Shown here: piece by piece, positions 56,993 through 64,000 of the stretch | How the letters are laid out: the number at the start of each line of letters is the position of its first letter | How positions within the stretch are numbered: position 1 is the stretch's first letter | Assembly: GCA_020723485.1 (NCBI GenBank) | Contig: DYIU01000002.1 | Span: 25,167-89,166 of the forward strand | Length of the DNA: 64,000 bases | Source of the DNA: Acidimicrobium ferrooxidans | Lineage (GTDB): Bacteria > Actinomycetota > Geothermincolia > Fen-727 > Anoxymicrobiaceae | Direction: 5' to 3' | Made by a program: the position numbers and the translations under genes | The notes under the pieces: model-generated | Databases searched by the model: none | What the model saw: only the letters and a program-made list of their open reading frames with translations | Told to the model about the DNA's origin: nothing

Positions 56993-57003
56993 GCGGGGTC
57001 AAG

Positions 57004-59799
57004 ATGGATTACAAGGACACTCTGAACCTTCCCAGGACCTCCTTCCCGATGAAGGGGAACCTGGCAAAGAAAGAGCCCGAAATACAGGGGCGCTGGGAGG
57101 AGATGCGCCTGTACGAGCGCATCCTCGAGAAAGGCGCCGGCAATCCCGTCTATATCCTCCACGACGGGCCTCCCTACGCCAACGGCGACATCCACGTGGG
57201 GACCGCTTACAACAAGATACTCAAGGACATGATCGTCAAGTACAAGACAATGCGCGGCTTCCGAGTACCTTACGTTCCCGGGTGGGACTGCCACGGCCAG
57301 CCGATCGAGCACGAGGTGACCAAGAGGCTTGGCCCCCACTCCGAGGTGGGCAAGGTCGAGCTGCGGCGGATGTGCCGCGAGTACGCCCTCAAATTCGTGG
57401 AGCGTCAGGCCGAGCAGTTCCAGAGGCTCGGCGTCTTCGGAGACTTCGATGACCCGTACCTGACTCTCAGGCCCGAGTACGAGGCGACAAACGTCGAGGT
57501 CTTTGCCAGGCTCTACGCCGACGGCCGTATCTACCGGGGAAGCAAGCCCATCCACTGGTGCACCAACTGCGTAACCGCGCTCGCCGAGGCCGAGATCGAG
57601 TACGAGGACAAGGAGTCGTACTCCATATACGTGAGATTCCCCCTGATCGACGAGTTCCCGCCTCTGACCCAGTCGGGCAAGCCGGTCGTGGTGCTAATCT
57701 GGACGACTACTCCCTGGACGCTCCCGGCCAACGTGGCCATAGCGCTCTCTGACAGGCTCCCGTACGTGGGCGTCGAGACGTCCGACGAGATACTGGTCAT
57801 GGCGGAGCCTCTTGTGGACCGGGTGATGGAGGAGCTCGGGATAAGCGCATTCACCCTGACGGGTACGTTCACCGGGCAGGACATGGAAGGCCTGAACTGC
57901 CGCCACCCCTGGGCCGACTGGGACTCGGTCATCGTTCTCGCCAACTACGTCACCCTCGAGCAGGGCACGGGCTGCGTGCACACGGCGCCCGGGCACGGCC
58001 AGGAGGACTACCTCACGGGCCTCGAGTACGACCTGGCGAGCCCGATGCCGGTAGACGACCTCGGGTACTTCACCGAACTGGCGGGTCCGTTCGCCGGTCT
58101 GAGCCTGACAGAGGCCAATCCGCGCATAATCGAGGACCTCGCCGAGCGCGGGCTCCTGATGGCGTCGGGAACCGTCACGCACCAGTACCCGCACTGCTGG
58201 CGCTGCAAGCAGCCGGTGGTTTTCCGTGCAACGCCCCAGTGGTTCATCGCGCTCGACAGTTCGGAGGTCGGCGACCCTCTGCGCGCCGGCGCGATGAAGG
58301 CCGTGGGCGAGGTGGAATGGATACCCGACTGGACCATCAACCGCATAGGCTCGATGGTGGAGAACCGTCCCGACTGGTGCATATCCCGGCAGCGCGCGTG
58401 GGGCGTGCCGCTGCCCATACTCTACTGCTCGGCGTGCGGGCGCGAGCTTGTGACCCCGGAGACCCTTGAAGCCGTCCGCACCATGGTGGCGTCCGAGGGA
58501 GCGGATTCATGGTTCGAGAAAGACCCCTCGGAGTTCCTCCCGGCGGGCACCTCCTGCCCCGACTGCGGCGGCTCGTCCTTCGAGAAGGAGGAGGATATCG
58601 TCGACGTGTGGTTCGAATCCGGCATCAGCCACCTCGCGGTGCTTCGCAACCGCGACGACCTCCGCTGGCCGGCCGACCTCTACGTCGAAGGGAGCGACCA
58701 GCACCGCGGCTGGTTCCAGTCCAGCCTCCTGCTGTCCGTGGGGTTCACCGGGAAACCGCCTTACGGCGCCGTGCTGACCCACGGGTTCACCGTCGACGGT
58801 GCCGGGCGCAAGATGTCCAAGTCGCTCGGCAACGCGATTGATCCCCGCGAGGTCTACAACCGGTCCGGCGCTGACATACTGAGGCTGTGGACCGCGAGCA
58901 CCGATTACTCCGGCGACATGCCGGTCTCCGAGGAGATACTCTCGCGCGTCACCGAGGCATACCGGCGCATCAGGAACACCCTGCGGTTCCTGCTGGGCAA
59001 CACTTATGACTTCGACCCCGGGACGGACGCGGTCCCCTACGAGCAGATGGAAGAGATCGACCGCTGGATGCTCTCGAGGCTCCAGGGACTCATCTCCCGG
59101 GTGAGCGAACTCATGGAGCGCTGGCTCTTCCACCAGGCGGTTCAGGCGCTGCACCTCTTCTGCACGGTGGACCTGAGCTCTCTGTACCTGGACATACTCA
59201 AGGACCGCCTGTACACGTTCGCAGGCTCCTCGAGGCAGCGGCGCTCGGCTCAGACCGCGCTCCACCGCATACTGGTCGACCTGACCGCGATGATAGCTCC
59301 GGTCCTGGCTCACACGGCGGAGGAGGCCCTCTGGTCGATGCCCGACGGCGTGCGGCCCGGCGAGAGCGTCCACCTGCTCGGCTGGCCGTTATATGACGAG
59401 TCACTCGTTGACGGCGGCCTGGACGCCAAGTGGGAGAAGCTACTCGCGATACGCGAAGAGGTGTACCGCAAGCTCGAGGATGCCAGGCAGCAGGCGCTCC
59501 TCGGCACCAGCCTCGAGGCGCTGGTGACACTGTACGCCGGGGCCGACGACCTGGGGCTCCTGCAGGAGATGGACGGAGACCTGCCCGCGCTCTTCATAGT
59601 CTCCCAGGTGCAGGTGCTGGACATCTCTGAGTTCGCCGGCGAGCGGACATCCGAGGGCCCCGTCGAGGTGGTCGTCGAGCGGACCGGCGGTGCCAAGTGC
59701 CAGCGGTGCTGGAACTACAGCCCGGCGGTGGGCGCCGACTCCGAGCATCCCGACATCTGCGACAGGTGCGTCCGGGCCCTCGGGGAGGGCGGCGGTTAG
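57004..59799 (+). CDS. ileS: Isoleucine--tRNA ligase
   Basis: MDYKDTLNLPRTSFPM N-terminus, HIGH-type PYANGDIHVGT, KMSKS, C-terminal zinc CxxC pairs. The upstream part of ORF 56911 is leader sequence. Confidence 0.96.
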   Translation: MDYKDTLNLPRTSFPMKGNLAKKEPEIQGRWEEMRLYERILEKGAGNPVYILHDGPPYANGDIHVGTAYNKILKDMIVKYKTMRGFRVPYVPGWDCHGQPIEHEVTKRLGPHSEVGKVELRRMCREYALKFVERQAEQFQRLGVFGDFDDPYLTLRPEYEATNVEVFARLYADGRIYRGSKPIHWCTNCVTALAEAEIEYEDKESYSIYVRFPLIDEFPPLTQSGKPVVVLIWTTTPWTLPANVAIALSDRLPYVGVETSDEILVMAEPLVDRVMEELGISAFTLTGTFTGQDMEGLNCRHPWADWDSVIVLANYVTLEQGTGCVHTAPGHGQEDYLTGLEYDLASPMPVDDLGYFTELAGPFAGLSLTEANPRIIEDLAERGLLMASGTVTHQYPHCWRCKQPVVFRATPQWFIALDSSEVGDPLRAGAMKAVGEVEWIPDWTINRIGSMVENRPDWCISRQRAWGVPLPILYCSACGRELVTPETLEAVRTMVASEGADSWFEKDPSEFLPAGTSCPDCGGSSFEKEEDIVDVWFESGISHLAVLRNRDDLRWPADLYVEGSDQHRGWFQSSLLLSVGFTGKPPYGAVLTHGFTVDGAGRKMSKSLGNAIDPREVYNRSGADILRLWTASTDYSGDMPVSEEILSRVTEAYRRIRNTLRFLLGNTYDFDPGTDAVPYEQMEEIDRWMLSRLQGLISRVSELMERWLFHQAVQALHLFCTVDLSSLYLDILKDRLYTFAGSSRQRRSAQTALHRILVDLTAMIAPVLAHTAEEALWSMPDGVRPGESVHLLGWPLYDESLVDGGLDAKWEKLLAIREEVYRKLEDARQQALLGTSLEALVTLYAGADDLGLLQEMDGDLPALFIVSQVQVLDISEFAGERTSEGPVEVVVERTGGAKCQRCWNYSPAVGADSEHPDICDRCVRALGEGGG

Positions 59800-59801
59800 C
59801 C

Positions 59802-60290
59802 TTGTCGACCCGGTCCGGCAGGAACACCCTGGTCTTCGTCCTGACAGCACTCACGGTGGTTGCGCTCGACCAGGCGCTCAAGGCACTGGTGGTCTGGAGG
59901 ATAGAGCCAGGCGATTCGTTCGATCTCATACCGCGCGCCCTGACCGTGATCCATTCCACCAACACAGGCGCTGCTTTCGGCCTGCTGAGGGGGAGCAGCC
60001 AGGTTGTCCTGCTCGCGGCGCTCGTGGTCGTGGTCGTGATGCTGGCCTGGTTCTTCTACACCAGGCACCAGATGGGGGCGTGGTCGTTCGTCGGCCTCGG
60101 CCTGGTCATCGGAGGGGCCGTGGGGAACCTCATCGACAGGGTCTTCCGTGGCAGGGTAGTCGACTTCATCGACATACACTGGTGGCCGGTGTTCAACATC
60201 GCCGACCTCGCCATCGTGGCCGGTGTTATAATCGTGATGGTGGAGTACGCCCGGGAGCTCTGGCGGGACGAAGGCTCCGCTGAGCCCTGA
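59802..60290 (+). CDS. lspA: Signal peptidase II (lipoprotein signal peptidase)
   Basis: TTG 59802 lies just after the ileS stop. NTGAAFG and GGAVGNLIDR...VVDFI...FNIAD motifs. Confidence 0.9.
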   Translation: MSTRSGRNTLVFVLTALTVVALDQALKALVVWRIEPGDSFDLIPRALTVIHSTNTGAAFGLLRGSSQVVLLAALVVVVVMLAWFFYTRHQMGAWSFVGLGLVIGGAVGNLIDRVFRGRVVDFIDIHWWPVFNIADLAIVAGVIIVMVEYARELWRDEGSAEP

Positions 60291-60305
60291 GCCGGAGGTC
60301 TTGAG

Positions 60306-61091
60306 GTGTATCGAGAACTTTTCCACATAGGCAGCGTGACGATATATTCCTACGGCGTCTTCCTGGCTCTGGGCTTTATCGTCGCTACATTCTTCGCCAG
60401 GCGGTGGTACGTCGAGCGCTACCGTAACCCGGACGTCATCCTGGACTTCGTGCTCGCGGCCGTCGTCGGCGGCATCGTGGGAGCGCGCGTCTTCTACGTG
60501 ATTGGGCACTGGTCGGACTTCTCCGGGGAGCCCGGAAAGATTTTCGCCCTCAATATGGAAGGGCTGGTCTTCTACGGCGGGCTCATACTGGGCCTGGCCC
60601 TCACCATCCTTGTCGGGTACATCCGCAAGGTCCGGTTCTGGGACACCATGGACCTGGCGGGCGTGTGCGTCCCCGTCGCGCTCGCGATGGGCCGGTTAGG
60701 CTGCCTGCTGAACGGGTGCTGCTACGGAAAGCCCACCAGTCTCCCGTGGGGCATCACCTACCCGGCCTCGAGCGGCATAGTAGGAGCGCGGCACCCCACC
60801 CAGATATATGAGCTGGTGCTGGACCTGGTGCTTTTCGGGCTCCTGTGGTGGAAGAAGGACGACTTCGAGCGCGAGGGCACGGCGTTCTGGCTGTTCGTCA
60901 TGGGCTACGGGCTCATACGCTTCACGGTCGAGTTCTTCCGCGAGCACGCCCAGGCGTCCGCGGGCCTCGGATTCCAGGTAGGCAGCCTCGCAATGGTCGC
61001 CGTCGCCGCGGTGGTGTTGCTGCTCCGCTACCGACTACTACCGGCAAGGGCGAGCGGGGCGCTCGAGCCCGGGTTCCCAGAGCTGGAATGA
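60306..61091 (+). CDS. lgt: Prolipoprotein diacylglyceryl transferase
   Basis: YGVFLALGF, GRLGCLLNGCCYGKPT, HPTQIYE motifs. Confidence 0.92.
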   Translation: MYRELFHIGSVTIYSYGVFLALGFIVATFFARRWYVERYRNPDVILDFVLAAVVGGIVGARVFYVIGHWSDFSGEPGKIFALNMEGLVFYGGLILGLALTILVGYIRKVRFWDTMDLAGVCVPVALAMGRLGCLLNGCCYGKPTSLPWGITYPASSGIVGARHPTQIYELVLDLVLFGLLWWKKDDFEREGTAFWLFVMGYGLIRFTVEFFREHAQASAGLGFQVGSLAMVAVAAVVLLLRYRLLPARASGALEPGFPELE

Positions 61092-62026
61092 CATCTCCCG
61101 ACCGCGGTTCCGCGAGCGTCAGCGCGGCAGAGGAAGGGGAGCGGCTCGACACCCTGGTATCCCGCCTCGCTGGCGTCTCACGGACCCTGGCTCAGAAGCT
61201 CATAGGCGACGGCCTGGTGCTCGTGGACGGTTCTCCCGCGAAGAAGAACCACCACGTCCAGGAGGGCGAGTCACTTTTCTGGGAAGTCCCGCCGCCCGCG
61301 CCAGCGGAGCTCGCCGCGCAGGACATCCCGCTCCACATCGTGTACGAGGACGAACACCTGGTCGTGGTCGACAAGCCGGCCGACATGGTCATGTACCCGG
61401 GTCCCGGGCACGGCTCCAATACCCTGGTCAACGCTCTTCTTTCGCGGTACCCGGATATCACCGGGGTGGGTGGGCGCGGCCGCCCGGGTGTTTTTCACAG
61501 GCTTGACAGGGGCACCTCCGGGCTGGTGGCCGTTGCCAGGACCGCGGAAGCTTTCGACGCGATGGTCGAGATGATGAAGGAGCGCAGGGTACGCCGTGAA
61601 TACCTTGCGCTCGTAGTCGGGAGCGTCCCCGCCGATTCCGGGACGATAGACGCGCCGATGGGCAGGAGCCGGACGAACCGGAAACGCATGTCGGTGGACC
61701 GCACAGGCGGCAGGAGAGCGGTCTCGCGTTTCGAGGTCCAGCAGAGGTTCGCAGATGAGTACACCCTGGTCCGGGTCTGCCTCGAAACTGGACGGACCCA
61801 CCAGATAAGGGTCCACTTCAGGCACATAGGCCACCCGGTGGCAGGCGATCCCGAGTATTCGCGCGGCAAGTCCTCGAGGCATCTCGAGCTCGAGCGGCAG
61901 TTCCTCCACGCGTACCGCCTCGCGTTTGACCACCCCGTGACTGGCGAGGTCCTCGACCTCAGGTGCGATCTGCCGGAAGACCTCGAGGTGGTGCTCACGG
62001 CACTTGTCCGCGAGAAATCACCATAG
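61088..62026 (+). CDS. rluD: RluA/RluD family pseudouridine synthase
   Basis: ATG 61088 overlaps the lgt stop (ATGA). S4 domain, HRLDRGTSGLV catalytic motif, GRTHQIRVH. Confidence 0.92.
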   Translation: MTSPDRGSASVSAAEEGERLDTLVSRLAGVSRTLAQKLIGDGLVLVDGSPAKKNHHVQEGESLFWEVPPPAPAELAAQDIPLHIVYEDEHLVVVDKPADMVMYPGPGHGSNTLVNALLSRYPDITGVGGRGRPGVFHRLDRGTSGLVAVARTAEAFDAMVEMMKERRVRREYLALVVGSVPADSGTIDAPMGRSRTNRKRMSVDRTGGRRAVSRFEVQQRFADEYTLVRVCLETGRTHQIRVHFRHIGHPVAGDPEYSRGKSSRHLELERQFLHAYRLAFDHPVTGEVLDLRCDLPEDLEVVLTALVREKSP

Positions 62027-62027
62027 G

Positions 62028-62058
62028 AAAAACAGGCGGCTTTCGCCGCCTGTTTTAT
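62028..62058. terminator. Bidirectional intrinsic terminator between rluD and the convergent repeat-protein gene
   Basis: AAAAACAGGCGGC-tttc-GCCGCCTGTTTTAT: perfect GC-rich stem flanked by an A-run and a T-run, so a U-tract follows on either strand. Confidence 0.85.
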
Positions 62059-62077
62059 CACTCTGAGCAGGGGCTTC

Positions 62078-62542
62078 CTACTCGCAGCTGCCGTCCTTGA
62101 GCTGGTCCCTGTCCTGGGCCCGCGTCTGGTCCCTGCCGCCGCTTCGGGTCTGCGCCTGCGCGGCCTCGCCGGCTGACTCGCAGGTCCCGTCCTGCAGCTG
62201 GGTCCTCGTCTGGGTCATGGACTGCTCCTGGTTACACGCCTGCTCGCGAGACTGTGTCCTGGTCTGTGTCTGCGTCATGACCTGGTCGCCCTCCGGAGCG
62301 GCGCCTCCCGTCACGAGGCAGCTGCCGTCCTTGAGCTGGTCCTTCTGCTGATCCCTGTCGCGAGCCTGAACCTTGTCAGGCGAGAGTTCGGAGGAGGCGG
62401 GGTCGATGCAGCTGCCATCCTTGAGCTGGTCCTTGACCCTGTCCCGGTCCCTGGCCGCTGTCTTCGCGAGCGCGGTCCCAGCTACCAGGGCTCCCGCCAC
62501 CATGAGGACACTCACTATCAGTGCGATCTTCTTGAACTTCAT
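62078..62542 (-). CDS. Secreted repeat protein (RDRDxxKDQLKDGSC repeats), unknown function
   Basis: Sec signal peptide MKFKKIALIVSVLMVAGALVAGTALA|K. Strong SD GGAGGTGA 9 nt before the ATG. Three copies of KDQLKDGSC plus QLQDGTC. Q/T/R/D-rich. Confidence 0.75.
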   Translation of the reverse strand: MKFKKIALIVSVLMVAGALVAGTALAKTAARDRDRVKDQLKDGSCIDPASSELSPDKVQARDRDQQKDQLKDGSCLVTGGAAPEGDQVMTQTQTRTQSREQACNQEQSMTQTRTQLQDGTCESAGEAAQAQTRSGGRDQTRAQDRDQLKDGSCE

Positions 62543-62759
62543 TATTCCGAATCACCTCCTTCGAGTCTCTCGCAGTTGATATCAGCGACAGGCGCAAAAC
62601 GTTACGCGGGCAGGACGCTTTTCTTCGATGGCGGCCGGCGACTCCGGATGAGGCCACGTGTTTCGCTGCGGATGCGAGGAAGTGACCTGCAAGGTAAGAA
62701 GTCTATATAGGACGCTTTTCGACTGTCGATGCACCGCTCGCATCCAGATGAGTCCGTGA

Positions 62760-63383
62760 ATGGGACGTAACAGATTGCTGATACTGCTGATATCAACTTT
62801 GAACAATGGATTTGATCGAGAAAGGGGCAGTATCCAGGAGAGCGACCTCGTCGATATAGCCGAAAGGGCGCGCAGGCGCGACCCCGAGGCGTTCGGGCGG
62901 CTGTTCGACCTCTTCTTCGACAGGCTCAAGAGGTACGCCTACTACAGGACGGGAGACATGCAGGCAGCGGAAGATCTGGCATCAGAGACCCTCACCAGCG
63001 GACTCGAGAGCATCGACAGGTTCAAAGACAGGGGAGGAACCATCGGCGCGTGGCTGTTCGGCATCGAGAGAAACCTCATCGCGAGGCACAGGGAAACCTC
63101 CCTCAAGGCAGAGGTCGTCGAGATTGACGACGAGCTGCCTTCGGGAGCGGATGAGGTTCCCGAGGCGGTCGCACTCGAAAGGCTGACCCACGAGCAGCTG
63201 TACTCGGCACTCGGTCTCCTGCCCGACGAGCAGCGTGACGTTGTCCTGCTGAGGTTCATGGAGAGATACGACGTCAAGACGGTTGCGCGGCTCATGGGCA
63301 AGAGGCCCGGGGCGGTAAGAGCCCTGCAGTTCCGCGCGATAGCGGCGCTGCGCTCGATCCTCGGAGCGGGGGAAGCGGCATGA
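62760..63383 (+). CDS. ECF-type RNA polymerase sigma-70 family factor
   Basis: Region 2 (FGRLFDLFFDRLKRYAYYRTGDMQAAEDLASETL) and region 4 HTH (VVLLRFMERYDVKTVARLMGKRPGAVRALQFRAIAALR). The exact start is uncertain. Confidence 0.88.
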   Translation: MGRNRLLILLISTLNNGFDRERGSIQESDLVDIAERARRRDPEAFGRLFDLFFDRLKRYAYYRTGDMQAAEDLASETLTSGLESIDRFKDRGGTIGAWLFGIERNLIARHRETSLKAEVVEIDDELPSGADEVPEAVALERLTHEQLYSALGLLPDEQRDVVLLRFMERYDVKTVARLMGKRPGAVRALQFRAIAALRSILGAGEAA

Positions 63384-64000
63384 GCCACCCGCAGGGCGGT
63401 CGGAAAGAACGCGAGCTCGAGAGGCTTGCCCATAGTATCGTCGAGGGCGGGGGCCGCGGCGCGCCTGATGCGCGCAGCGAAGAGGCCGCCATCATGCGAT
63501 ACCTGGCCGCGGGCGGGCCGGCCCTCCCGGCCGGCGAACGCGCCGAGGCCATGCGGGCCGAGCTCGTATCCAGGGCGAGGCAGGCCGAGCATGACTCGAG
63601 CGTTGGAAGAGCCGCGCCGGTGACTGTCGCGCGCCCGGGAGGCTTGGCGCCCGTTCTCGCGAAGGCCGCCGTCGCGGTCCTGGTTGCGACGGTCGTTCTG
63701 GCCGGCCTCGGAGCCGGTTCAACGAACGCCATGCCGGGTGATCCCTTCTACTCGATAAAGCGACTTATCGAGGGCGCGCACCTGGCGCTGCTCCCGGGCG
63801 GCCAGGCGGAAGCGGACGCGCTGCTGAACTACGCCGACGAGAGGATGGACGAGCTCGAGTACACCGGGGCCAGGGAAATGGACGAATGGTACAGCCCGCT
63901 GGCAAAAGGCGCCCAGAGCAGGATAGACAGCGCATACAGAGACTCCGCGGTCCTGGACGAGGTCCGGCGGGCCAGGGTCCGCTCGAGGGTCCGGAGGGCA
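63380..64000 (+). CDS. Putative membrane anti-sigma factor with DUF5667-like extracytoplasmic domain (3' end beyond window)
   Basis: ATG 63380 overlaps the sigma stop (ATGA) and the frame is open to the window end. One TM helix (AAVAVLVATVVLAGLGAG) followed by PGDPFYSIKRLIEGAHLAL, which I recall as DUF5667-like. Not listed in the ORF track because no stop is reached. Confidence 0.65.
   Translation, partial: MSHPQGGRKERELERLAHSIVEGGGRGAPDARSEEAAIMRYLAAGGPALPAGERAEAMRAELVSRARQAEHDSSVGRAAPVTVARPGGLAPVLAKAAVAVLVATVVLAGLGAGSTNAMPGDPFYSIKRLIEGAHLALLPGGQAEADALLNYADERMDELEYTGAREMDEWYSPLAKGAQSRIDSAYRDSAVLDEVRRARVRSRVRRA

Noticed and set aside
56966-57003. Alternative ileS start at ATG 56966, which would add MSGEFRRYICGVK.
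   Set aside because: The IleRS N-terminus MDYKDTLNLPRTSFPM is the conserved start. The extension would be encoded by the leader hairpin.

Overview
High-GC (about 60-65% by eye) bacterial chromosomal segment. It is almost entirely plus-strand and consists of conserved housekeeping genes in an order typical of Actinomycetota-like lineages: pyrG, M20 peptidase, DUF3866, nudix, xerD | M50, trpS, scpA, scpB, rluB | aroH, DAHP synthase, tyrA, aroA, cmk | trpB2 | polA, rpsA, coaE | uvrB, uvrA, uvrC, rapZ, whiA, gap, pgk, tpiA, gpmI, secG | rimP, nusA, ylxR, infB, DUF503, rbfA, nrnA, truB, ribF, rpsO, pnp, M16, dapB | ftsK | MCP, yajQ, rimO, pgsA, cinA | ileS, lspA, lgt, rluD | ECF sigma/anti-sigma. 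Only three genes are on the minus strand: tRNA-Leu(CAA), a small Cys-rich 'two-CW'-like protein, and a secreted repeat protein. I found no prophage, IS element, CRISPR array, biosynthetic cluster or defence island, so this is core genome and I cannot point to a large novel multi-gene system. The long antisense ORFs in the track are high-GC mirror artefacts. The signals worth a second look are small and mostly non-coding. (1) A near-leaderless 17-codon leader peptide with three consecutive Trp codons, a relay of alternative hairpins and an intrinsic terminator upstream of a stand-alone trpB2. (2) A MIRU-like array of 29-nt tandem hairpin repeats between aroH and the DAHP synthase gene; it encodes mini-ORFs chained by ATGA overlaps into the DAHP synthase start codon. 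(3) A perfect 32-bp inverted repeat between dapB and ftsK, with a third diverged copy on the xerD stop codon. (4) Attenuator-like leaders in front of rimP-nusA-infB and ileS. (5) A secreted RDRDxxKDQLKDGSC-repeat protein divergent from an ECF sigma / DUF5667 anti-sigma pair. (6) An antisense orphan Cys-rich protein between coaE and uvrB. All product calls rest on motif recognition by eye. No database search or RNA folding could be run.
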